Source of the DNA: a virus
Reading direction: 5' to 3' (one strand)
Length of the DNA stretch: 64,000 nt
IMG/VR virus record: IMGVR_UViG_3300047558_000238
Location: 43,310-107,309 of that record
The notes beneath the pieces are model-generated. The model was given only the letters and a program-made list of their open reading frames with translations, was not told where the DNA came from and ran no database searches. Shown one piece after another: positions 1 through 7,710 of this stretch. The first letter of the stretch is position 1. Each line of letters begins with the position of its first letter. Both the position numbers and the translations under genes were made by a program.

Positions 1-549
1 TACGATGTAGTTATGAAGGCTTTCCAGTGGCTTCAGAGCGGAAAGCACCAGTTCAAGTCGCTTATTATCGACTCGATCTCGGAGCTTCAGGTCAAGTGTA
101 TGGACAACATCGCTGGCACAGAGCAGATGAAGATGCAACAGTGGGGAGAGCTACTTCGCCACATGGGTGCGCTTCTTCGTGACCTGCGTGACCTCACCAT
201 GCACCCAACTCAGCCGCTTGAGGCTGTAGTTCTTACTGCTATGGCTCGTAAAGGTCAGGATGGCGTATACCGTCCTTACCTGCAGGGTCAGCTAGCAATT
301 CAGGCACCATACTTCTATGACATCCTTGGAGCGGTTACGGTAGAAACAATGCCGAATCCAGACCCACTCCAGCCACCATACAAGGTGCGACGCATGTACG
401 TTGAGCGCACACCTGAGTACGAGGCCGGAGAGCGTGTCCAGGGTCGTCTAGGTAAAGTAGTCGAGCAGCAAGATCTAGGTATCGAGCGTATGCTAGACAT
501 GGTTTTCGGAGAGAAGACCACCGCAACAACAACAAGTAAAAAGGCATAA
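1..549 (+). CDS. AAA-family ATPase (AAA_24/Sak4-like), 5'-truncated by the window
   Basis: Frame is open from position 1. Walker B-like KSLIIDSISELQ; lies directly upstream of an SSB-like gene. Confidence 0.65.
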   Translation, partial: YDVVMKAFQWLQSGKHQFKSLIIDSISELQVKCMDNIAGTEQMKMQQWGELLRHMGALLRDLRDLTMHPTQPLEAVVLTAMARKGQDGVYRPYLQGQLAIQAPYFYDILGAVTVETMPNPDPLQPPYKVRRMYVERTPEYEAGERVQGRLGKVVEQQDLGIERMLDMVFGEKTTATTTSKKA

Positions 550-562
550 GGAGCCATAACTA

Positions 563-1165
563 ATGAGTACTATTAACTGGGCAGACCTCGTCAAGCAGGC
601 GGGCGATGCAGGATCAAGCACCAACTACGAGCCACTACCAGAGGGCGACTACGAGCTTAAGGTAGTCGACGCTCAGGCAACCACCACCTCGACTGGAAAG
701 GTGATGTTCAAGGTCACCAACGAGGTTCAGGGTGGCCCATACAACAAGCGTCGCGTTTGGGACCAGCTTGTTGTAACCACTGACAACCCAAAGGCCATGA
801 ACATGTTCTTCATGAAGGCCAACGCAATGGGTCTGGGACGCACCTTCTGGGATGCAAACCCTACCAATGCTCAGGTTGAGCAGGCGCTAATGGGACGCGC
901 ATTCCGTGCGACTCTAGGTACCCGTACTTACAACGGTAACGTTAGCAACGAGATCAAGAAGTATTTCCCTGGCCAGGCTGCAGTTGCTGCAACTGCCGCT
1001 TCAGCTGCTCCAGCTGCTGCTCCAGCACCAGCTCCAGCTCCAGCACCTGCTGCTGCTCCAGCTCCTATTGCTACCCCGTTTGACGGTCCATCGATCGCTA
1101 ACGCGCCAGCACCAGCGCCAGCACCAGCACCGGCTGCTCCTGTAACCGCAGAAGAGCCGTTCTAG
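563..1165 (+). CDS. Single-stranded DNA-binding protein (DUF669-like) with Ala/Pro linker
   Basis: YEPLPEGDYELKV N-terminus, (AP)n linker, acidic-aromatic C-terminus EEPF. Confidence 0.7.
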   Translation: MSTINWADLVKQAGDAGSSTNYEPLPEGDYELKVVDAQATTTSTGKVMFKVTNEVQGGPYNKRRVWDQLVVTTDNPKAMNMFFMKANAMGLGRTFWDANPTNAQVEQALMGRAFRATLGTRTYNGNVSNEIKKYFPGQAAVAATAASAAPAAAPAPAPAPAPAAAPAPIATPFDGPSIANAPAPAPAPAPAAPVTAEEPF

Positions 1166-1179
1166 TAGTTAGCTAAAGT

Positions 1180-1215
1180 AGGCGACGGGGCATCTTTTAG
1201 GTGCCCCGTTTGCCT
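1180..1215 (+). terminator. Stem-loop after the SSB gene
   Basis: AGGCGACGGGGCATC-TTTTA-GGTGCCCCGTTTGCCT inverted repeat. Confidence 0.6.
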
Positions 1216-1229
1216 CATAGGGAGATAAT

Positions 1230-2240
1230 ATGAAAGTTCTATTTACTGGTATGGCTTCGCACCATTGCAGCCCGTCAGCGAATGTTGGATTTTTCAACAC
1301 GCTAGCCGAGGTAGTCTCCAGGTCCGCTCAGATTACCTGGGCTAGCCCAAAGTTGACTTGGACTAAAGCTGAGCTAGAGTCATATGATGCTATCTTTTTA
1401 GGGTTTATTCCACCAACTGCTTTAGGTGCAAACAAAATTTATGGGGCTATGCATGTTCTTGGCCTAATGTTTGACTCACCTAAACTCCATTTAGTAGCGG
1501 ATAGCGCTCAGATTTGGCAGTACAAGAACAGCCTTGAAGCCGTAAAGAGGGACATCTCCGGGCTATTTACGCCTTTTTACTCGAAGAGGCTAGACTACTC
1601 TAAGGCTAGAGAGCCTAAATACATCAAAACAATTGTTGCTGCAGCGGAAAAAATGTCTAGCAGCGCTTGGCCAAAAATCCTATACCCGATTCTTCCATGG
1701 CAGAGCCCTGAAGATTCTTTTAAAAAGCTAGGGTTTGGCTCTCAGAGCAACTCTCTCGGTCTCAACCTGGACTCGGTTTTATTGAGTAATAGCTCTTACG
1801 GGCTGGATCGGTCGAACCAGTGGGCCGCTGACAACACAAAAAGTTCTTGGCTCGCTACCCTCGAGGCTACCTTACAGTTTCCAATTGTAAGCACCAAACT
1901 AGCTAGAGTTTCTTCTGATGCTGATGCTATCTCGGTTATGTCATCTAGCATCGGACTGATTGTTCCCCCTCAGGACCGCGGCCTGGGAACATGGTGGTCA
2001 TATCGGTACGTTCAAGCATTGAACTCAGGTACTCCGGTTTTGACCTACTGGCAAGATACTGCAAACTTTGACCAGTCTTGGTCTCAGCTGGCTTACCAAG
2101 TAGAAGACATGCACCCGACTGGACGAGTGGGGCTGGCTCGAGAGCAGTATGAAAGCTATAGAGCCTCGCTCCTACCAAAACTAGAACTTATAAGCCACGT
2201 AAACACTGAACTGCTAGAATCAATCAAGGAGAGGATCTAA
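1230..2240 (+). CDS. Hypothetical protein, possibly a GT-B fold glycosyltransferase
   Basis: MKVLFTG start and C-terminal WWSYRYVQALNSGTPVL resemble the GT-B donor-binding segment. Confidence 0.4.
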   Translation: MKVLFTGMASHHCSPSANVGFFNTLAEVVSRSAQITWASPKLTWTKAELESYDAIFLGFIPPTALGANKIYGAMHVLGLMFDSPKLHLVADSAQIWQYKNSLEAVKRDISGLFTPFYSKRLDYSKAREPKYIKTIVAAAEKMSSSAWPKILYPILPWQSPEDSFKKLGFGSQSNSLGLNLDSVLLSNSSYGLDRSNQWAADNTKSSWLATLEATLQFPIVSTKLARVSSDADAISVMSSSIGLIVPPQDRGLGTWWSYRYVQALNSGTPVLTYWQDTANFDQSWSQLAYQVEDMHPTGRVGLAREQYESYRASLLPKLELISHVNTELLESIKERI

Positions 2241-2677
2241 TGCCTGAATTAAATCAAGAGTGGATTAAAGAGCAGCTAACTGCTGCAAAAGTTAAAGTAG
2301 CGTCTGGTAAAGCTGTTCTCAAGCTATTGGCAGCCTGGGAAGAGCTTCCCGAGCTTTCCCCTGCAATTGTAGAAGAAGTTCTATCAGTATTCCCTGTGCT
2401 AGCTAGGGGCCATGCTTTAAAGCAGGAAGAGTCAGACGATGACTATCGCTGGATAGATGCTCAGCCTGGTGGGATTATTGTCGGTGATGTTGTCCGCGTT
2501 AAGGCTGATGCATACACCGAGAAGCTAGGCACTGTCCACAATGGTAGAGTCGGAAAAGTTATTGCCGTTAGATACGGCGACATCATTGTAAATTCAACAG
2601 ATGATAAGAAGCCTCCCCTAGCCGGAGCTCACTACTCGCCGTATAAGCTAGAGAAGCGCGTAAGGAAGGCTAACTAA
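2240..2677 (+). CDS. Hypothetical protein with SH3/KOW-like C-terminal domain
   Basis: IIVGDVVRVK...GRVGKVIAV; overlaps both neighbours by 1 nt. Confidence 0.55.
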   Translation: MPELNQEWIKEQLTAAKVKVASGKAVLKLLAAWEELPELSPAIVEEVLSVFPVLARGHALKQEESDDDYRWIDAQPGGIIVGDVVRVKADAYTEKLGTVHNGRVGKVIAVRYGDIIVNSTDDKKPPLAGAHYSPYKLEKRVRKAN

Positions 2678-2931
2678 TGCGAACATCATTTGATCTAAAA
2701 ATAGTTGCGTCTACTATTGAAGAAGCAAAAACACTTGCTATCGGCGAGATTTCAAAGTTTCTTGGAATCCCCGAGAGTGAAGTTCCGGATCGAGTCTCGA
2801 TGGAGCTTAAGGTCTCTTACCCTAAGGCAGAGACTGTTAGTGAGATCGAGCAAGCTGTCTCTGCTGGAATCTTCCAAGTAATTGCCTTTGGCACCGTTAA
2901 GCAGGGAGTTGTAAAACATTTCGGTGTCTAG
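2677..2931 (+). CDS. Hypothetical protein
   Basis: TAATG coupling to the upstream gene. Confidence 0.6.
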   Translation: MRTSFDLKIVASTIEEAKTLAIGEISKFLGIPESEVPDRVSMELKVSYPKAETVSEIEQAVSAGIFQVIAFGTVKQGVVKHFGV

Positions 2932-2960
2932 TTGACAAACTAAAAAGTAAGCGGTACATT
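2932..2960 (+). promoter_or_regulatory. SigA-type promoter for a leaderless mRNA
   Basis: TTGACA-N17-TACATT-N6-ATG(2967). Confidence 0.75.
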
Positions 2961-2966
2961 TGTTTT

Positions 2967-3458
2967 ATGCAAACATTTGTACCGCTTATTTCTTCTTTTG
3001 ACGACATGGCTAAAACGCTTGACCGCGCTCGGCTCAATAAACAAGCCCTTGAGGGGTGGCAGATTCTTATGACTCTGCTGGAGCTGGACCCTCAGGGAAA
3101 TCACCGAACTCCAAAAGGTTGGGTAAACCACCCAGCAGTGAAAATGTGGCGTGGCTACGAGACTGCACTATACCTCTACATTCAGGCTATGGTAGAAGAG
3201 TGGCTCGACCGAGGCTATAAGTCGACTATTGGCATAAAGGCAAAAGCAACGTTTGATGCTGCACTTAGTGCAGGGTTGGCACACTTTAGTCCGACAGAAG
3301 CCCCCGAGTGGATGACCAACAGGGAACTATTTGACTCAATTGCATCTAGTCACCGTACTGCGCTGCTAAATAAGGACTACGAGTGGTATTCTCAGTTTGG
3401 TTGGCCAGAAGATACTGGCAAGCGACCAGAAACTTACGAGTATATTTGGCCTATCTAA
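2967..3458 (+). CDS. Pyrimidine-dimer DNA glycosylase-like protein (MSMEG_6728/endonuclease V family)
   Basis: MQTF.P...LDRARLNKQALE, NHPAVKMWRGYE, SHRTALLNKD motifs. Confidence 0.8.
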   Translation: MQTFVPLISSFDDMAKTLDRARLNKQALEGWQILMTLLELDPQGNHRTPKGWVNHPAVKMWRGYETALYLYIQAMVEEWLDRGYKSTIGIKAKATFDAALSAGLAHFSPTEAPEWMTNRELFDSIASSHRTALLNKDYEWYSQFGWPEDTGKRPETYEYIWPI

Positions 3459-3506
3459 TTTAGTAATTTACACTATTTAAGACATACCGCACGGTAGAAT
3501 CCTAGT

Positions 3507-3857
3507 ATGAAGGATTCGCGCGTAGGAGAGTCGCTCTGGGATATCTGGGAAGGCTCTGGATATACCCAGGGGTTCGCAGACTCTATTGTGTACTATACCG
3601 AGGGCCACGTAGACATCGAACATGATGTAGTACGAAAAGCCCTTGCCTCCTCTATCCAGCGAGATGGTATTACTTACTCACTATTCTCTGCTTTTGGGCT
3701 AATAGATACTGGTATCTGTTCCCAGGGGTGGGTCGGGTTAGATACTACATACGAGGTATACCAAGAGGTATGCGACGAATCTGGACAAACATATAGCGGA
3801 ACCATGCTCAATGCTGTGGTGCCAGTAACTTTCGTCGAGGTTCAAGACATTGATTGA
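3507..3857 (+). CDS. Hypothetical protein
   Basis: TAGAAT-N6-ATG leaderless start. Confidence 0.6.
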   Translation: MKDSRVGESLWDIWEGSGYTQGFADSIVYYTEGHVDIEHDVVRKALASSIQRDGITYSLFSAFGLIDTGICSQGWVGLDTTYEVYQEVCDESGQTYSGTMLNAVVPVTFVEVQDID

Positions 3858-4341
3858 TACACCTGATTGGCATGAAGATGCTGAGTGCTCTAAGCCTGCC
3901 AACAATAAGTTTATTGATAACTTTTTTGCAAATAAACCTTCCCAGCAATGGGAGGCTAAGAAACTATGCGGCGGATGCCCTGTGCGACTAGAGTGCGCTA
4001 AGTGGGCACTAGATAATAAGCAGCTTTGGGGCATCTGGGGCGGTCTAGATTACAAAGAGATTAGACGAACTCTCTCGGTTAACTGGGAGGGGCAAGAAAT
4101 GCGTCACAAGCGTTTCCCGCTATGCCCAGGGTGTAAGGCAAAAACTAAGCATCTAAAAACTGCAACTATTGATAGGCCAGATGGTGGCAGATGGTCAACT
4201 ATGAGAGTAGTACGTTGCGATCTATGCCACTTCACGTGGCAGAGCAGAACAAGTGCTAATGCTGTAGACGCATACCATGTTGGTGTGACTAAGAAGCAGA
4301 GCTCAGCAAAGCCTGACGATAGTAGTAATTATTTGTTTTAA
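3850..4341 (+). CDS. whiB: WhiB-family transcription factor with C-terminal Zn ribbon
   Basis: W..AEC, FF, AKKLCGGCPVRLEC, GIWGG; additional CPGC...CDLC. Confidence 0.85.
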   Translation: MIDTPDWHEDAECSKPANNKFIDNFFANKPSQQWEAKKLCGGCPVRLECAKWALDNKQLWGIWGGLDYKEIRRTLSVNWEGQEMRHKRFPLCPGCKAKTKHLKTATIDRPDGGRWSTMRVVRCDLCHFTWQSRTSANAVDAYHVGVTKKQSSAKPDDSSNYLF

Positions 4342-5365
4342 GTCTCTCATCATTGGGGGCTAGCAACTCTGCCTGTTCCCCGTAAGATACTGATTCTTTG
4401 TTGAGACCAAGATTGTGCGCTGAGATTGCTGCAAGATCGTATGGTAGTGCTCCCCACGCAAACTCCTCGCATAGGTAGTCGAGAGGTTTCTCTTTGATTT
4501 CTAGTGCCTTCAGTGCAGTTCTAAAGCACTCTGCCCAGTCTTGCTGCTCATAGAGGTGCTGAGCTAGCTCGACTAGTGCTTCTCGTCTTCCGGGAGCTTG
4601 GTCTATAGCTTTTAGTAGCCAATCGTGTCGATTATTTGGCTCTATCTTAGCCAGATACCTCATCGAGGCTGCTCGCTCTGGTGCCCAGGTGGCGCTAGGT
4701 AGGTTAAGATGGCGTCTAAACTCGGCAGAAGCTTCTGCATACTTTCCGTAGAAGTAGAGCTCTCTAGCGTAGTAGAAAGCGTTCCTATCGTCATGTAGGT
4801 CTTCTTGTACTGCAATCTTTAGCAGCGGGAGGTATTGCGAGCGTGGCTTAGAGTTGTCAGCATGGTGGTGAATCTCTAGTCCATACCACCCCTGAGTCTC
4901 CGCAGTCTCTCCATATGAGACTAGGACCTCGTGGACTGGGTGCTTCCATCTATAGCCAAATCTGGTGTGTATCTTATCTCCGCCATACTGTAGCCCTGGC
5001 ACTGTCTCGGCATCGTCTTTCCAGTTCCACGTGTACTGGTATCTTGGCCTACTAACACCGTCTGCATAGGCTTTATCAAGCTCAGAGCGCCATCCTGGTA
5101 TGAGGATCTCGTCCATGTCGAGCGCGATGCAGTAGTCGATATCAGCTGGTAGAGCAGCTAATGAAGCATTTCGAGCTAAGTCAAATCGCCAAGGTTTAAC
5201 CGAGACATCTATAATATTTATGCCTAGTGACTTAGCAAGCTCTATAGTTCCATCTGAGCTACCTGTATCTGCAATAAGTAGGTAGTCAGCATCTTTTGCA
5301 GATTCATACCAACTTTTTACAAACTGCTCTTCATTCAGTGCAATAGTGTAGACAGCTACTTTCAT
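4289..5365 (-). CDS. Family 2 glycosyltransferase with TPR repeats
   Basis: VYTIALNEE, DTGSSDGT, RFDLARN, LDMDE (DxD), VHE; TPR-like C-terminal half. Confidence 0.85.
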   Translation of the reverse strand: MKVAVYTIALNEEQFVKSWYESAKDADYLLIADTGSSDGTIELAKSLGINIIDVSVKPWRFDLARNASLAALPADIDYCIALDMDEILIPGWRSELDKAYADGVSRPRYQYTWNWKDDAETVPGLQYGGDKIHTRFGYRWKHPVHEVLVSYGETAETQGWYGLEIHHHADNSKPRSQYLPLLKIAVQEDLHDDRNAFYYARELYFYGKYAEASAEFRRHLNLPSATWAPERAASMRYLAKIEPNNRHDWLLKAIDQAPGRREALVELAQHLYEQQDWAECFRTALKALEIKEKPLDYLCEEFAWGALPYDLAAISAHNLGLNKESVSYGEQAELLAPNDERLKTNNYYYRQALLSSAS

Positions 5366-5580
5366 TTACTAGCCTTACTCTTTCGTATCTCTAGCATGTT
5401 CCAGAGTCTCTCATGGGCATAGTAGTAGCCAAGCTCAAGTAGCGAGCCAGTAACCGCTATACCAGCTGCTGTGGCTGGGTTACCTGACCAACCCCATGCA
5501 ATAAAAAAGAAAATAAGCTCGTGAGTAACGATATAGCTTACGCTTTTTATTGCTGACTTTACTCTAGACTCTTTAGACAT
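5362..5580 (-). CDS. DUF2061-like small membrane protein
   Basis: SRVKSAIKSVSY...YYAHERLW. Confidence 0.65.
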   Translation of the reverse strand: MSKESRVKSAIKSVSYIVTHELIFFFIAWGWSGNPATAAGIAVTGSLLELGYYYAHERLWNMLEIRKSKASK

Positions 5581-5582
5581 AA

Positions 5583-6779
5583 TTAAATCGGTAAGACGCT
5601 AATGAACTCTCGTGGGTCAAAATCTCCACCAAACACCATTGTCAAAAGTCCTGGCTTAGATTCAAGACCGGCACGATCACGGAACCATTCGGACCCTGGG
5701 TCAGTGGTAGGGCACTGAAGCCATAGGCGATCACCAATATCCATAGTGCGGAAGTTGTGGAAGTGCCCGGAGATCCAAATATCAGCGTTGCCTAGCGCGG
5801 TCTGCCCTGCAGCTTGACCAGAGATATATCTTAGGACATTATTCTGGTTAGCCTGGTGCCCGTGGAACATACCGATGTGCGTCCCGCAAATCTCTGTAAC
5901 TAGTGTCTGATGCCCTGAAGCCGGGAACCTAAACTGTACGTGCTGTAGAGCTGGGTTCTCAGCGCAGGCATCTGCCACTGCTGCTGCGATCTCGACATTC
6001 CAGCCATCTGCTGGATCCGCGGCTACCTGACGAGTTACCTCGTCGTGGTTGCCGTTGATAACAGGAACAATCATATTCTCGGCTAGAGGAGCCAAAGCTT
6101 TGATCTGAGCCATAAGAAGACGACGCGCTACACGCACCTGCTCGGTGATGCCTAAGTCAGATGCAGCAAGACCCTGTAGTCGACCATTCTGAGATACGTT
6201 ACCTTCTACGTGGTCTCCAGGAAGTCCTAGGGTGATGGTTCCTAGCCCTAGGCCCATCTTTTGGTACATCTTATATCTGGCAACTGCCTTTTCGGTCAGC
6301 GTTAGGATTCTAGCGACAGACTGCTCGCTGCCTCCGCTTCCAGTCTTTTTTCCTAGCTGCTGGTCGCTAGGGAAGGCTGCAAAAGAGCCATTTCCAGTGG
6401 ACTGCTTAGTTCCACGCTCTGGACGCCACTTCTTGACCTCGTCAATTAGCTTTTCTACGTCTAGCTGATCTGCATAAGTCGGCCCAGCGGGAGTTAGGTT
6501 TACCCGCATAGACTCTAAATACTCGCCATCGTACTTCTGCCACTTACCTCGGCGAAGTGATGTCACTACCCATTCATTTGGGTCTAGGCCAAATTCTTCA
6601 ACCACAGAGGTGGCGTCTGATAGTTGGCCTTCTGGCTTAGGTTGCGAAATTACAAAGCCACCTTTGATGGTGTCTATGTCCATTCTTGAGCGCCACTCTT
6701 CTGGCACTCCTAATTTCTTAAAGTCTGATCCAGAATGTCCTGGACTACGAAATTGCTCTAGCTTGTCAGAGAGACTCAA
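5583..6779 (-). CDS. Calcineurin-like metallophosphoesterase/nuclease
   Basis: SDQQLG, GDHVEG, GNHDE, FHGH, GHFH motifs. Confidence 0.8.
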   Translation of the reverse strand: MSLSDKLEQFRSPGHSGSDFKKLGVPEEWRSRMDIDTIKGGFVISQPKPEGQLSDATSVVEEFGLDPNEWVVTSLRRGKWQKYDGEYLESMRVNLTPAGPTYADQLDVEKLIDEVKKWRPERGTKQSTGNGSFAAFPSDQQLGKKTGSGGSEQSVARILTLTEKAVARYKMYQKMGLGLGTITLGLPGDHVEGNVSQNGRLQGLAASDLGITEQVRVARRLLMAQIKALAPLAENMIVPVINGNHDEVTRQVAADPADGWNVEIAAAVADACAENPALQHVQFRFPASGHQTLVTEICGTHIGMFHGHQANQNNVLRYISGQAAGQTALGNADIWISGHFHNFRTMDIGDRLWLQCPTTDPGSEWFRDRAGLESKPGLLTMVFGGDFDPREFISVLPI

Positions 6780-6780
6780 G

Positions 6781-7053
6781 TCACTTCACCAATCGTCGGC
6801 AAGAACATTTGTTCCCGCGGTGTCTATCCACAGCGCTTGCACTTATATCGTAGCCCTCTGCACGAAGCAGAGCTGCAAGGTGTGAATTTGGAATATATCC
6901 GTCGTCATTTGGTTTTAAGTCTATAACACTTTTTAGTGCAGCTTGGTCTGCTTTAGGTACTTTAGGGTCTACAGTCAGTGCTGCTAGTTTGCAAGTAGAT
7001 ATGACTTGCTTATATGCTTCTGAGGCAGATGCGAGTTTCTGCATTAGCGGCAT
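6781..7053 (-). CDS. Hypothetical protein (HTH-like, C-terminal HR..CSC)
   Basis: AGGAG SD; abuts the phosphoesterase gene. Confidence 0.6.
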   Translation of the reverse strand: MPLMQKLASASEAYKQVISTCKLAALTVDPKVPKADQAALKSVIDLKPNDDGYIPNSHLAALLRAEGYDISASAVDRHRGNKCSCRRLVK

Positions 7054-7104
7054 AGTTTCTCCTTAAATAGGCCTATGCCGTTATGCTACTACATATTTAT
7101 GTAT

Positions 7105-7476
7105 TTAGCTAGACTTTTTTCTAGCTGGTCTTGTTGTCTTTTTTAGTACTGGCTGCTCTGAAGGATAAAAAACAGTGTTTGTTGTAGGAATGCTGTGAAG
7201 ACCTAGAGCTAAGTCTTTGATTAAGTCAATCTCTGTTGAAGTCTTGATTACGTGCTGCTCAATGTTATTAACACGGTCAGCTAGAGAACTTCCGCCATTC
7301 TCCCAGAGCTGGTGTTCGACTCTGCTTAGACGGTCTGATATGGTTCGACCCTCGTGGTCTACTCCAAGCGCATCATCGATTCTTCTAGCTAGTCGATATA
7401 TAGCCATGAATGACCCTATAATTACACCAATAGCAGTTATAACGGCAGCGACAGTTAGAATAAGCTCGGCGGTCAT
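7105..7476 (-). CDS. Membrane protein (N-terminal TM plus coiled coil)
   Basis: Hydrophobic N-terminus; NGGSSLADRVN motif. Confidence 0.65.
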   Translation of the reverse strand: MTAELILTVAAVITAIGVIIGSFMAIYRLARRIDDALGVDHEGRTISDRLSRVEHQLWENGGSSLADRVNNIEQHVIKTSTEIDLIKDLALGLHSIPTTNTVFYPSEQPVLKKTTRPARKKSS

Positions 7477-7710
7477 GTCCTATAATAGTTTCTACTTGGA
7501 AGAAAGCGATTAGATTCGCATTTCTACTATTTTACCTTATTAAGGTGCCCCTGATTAGTGGGTAAAGTCGTTAGTTCGACCGTCTCATGTCAATTTTTAG
7601 TAAATTTTAGTGTAAATTTGCATTTGCAGCATTTCTGTGTATGCTGTACGGTAAGTCTTATTGGCGGAGAGTTTTATGTATTTCTTTAGTGACGAACGGG
7701 TCGGTGCGTA

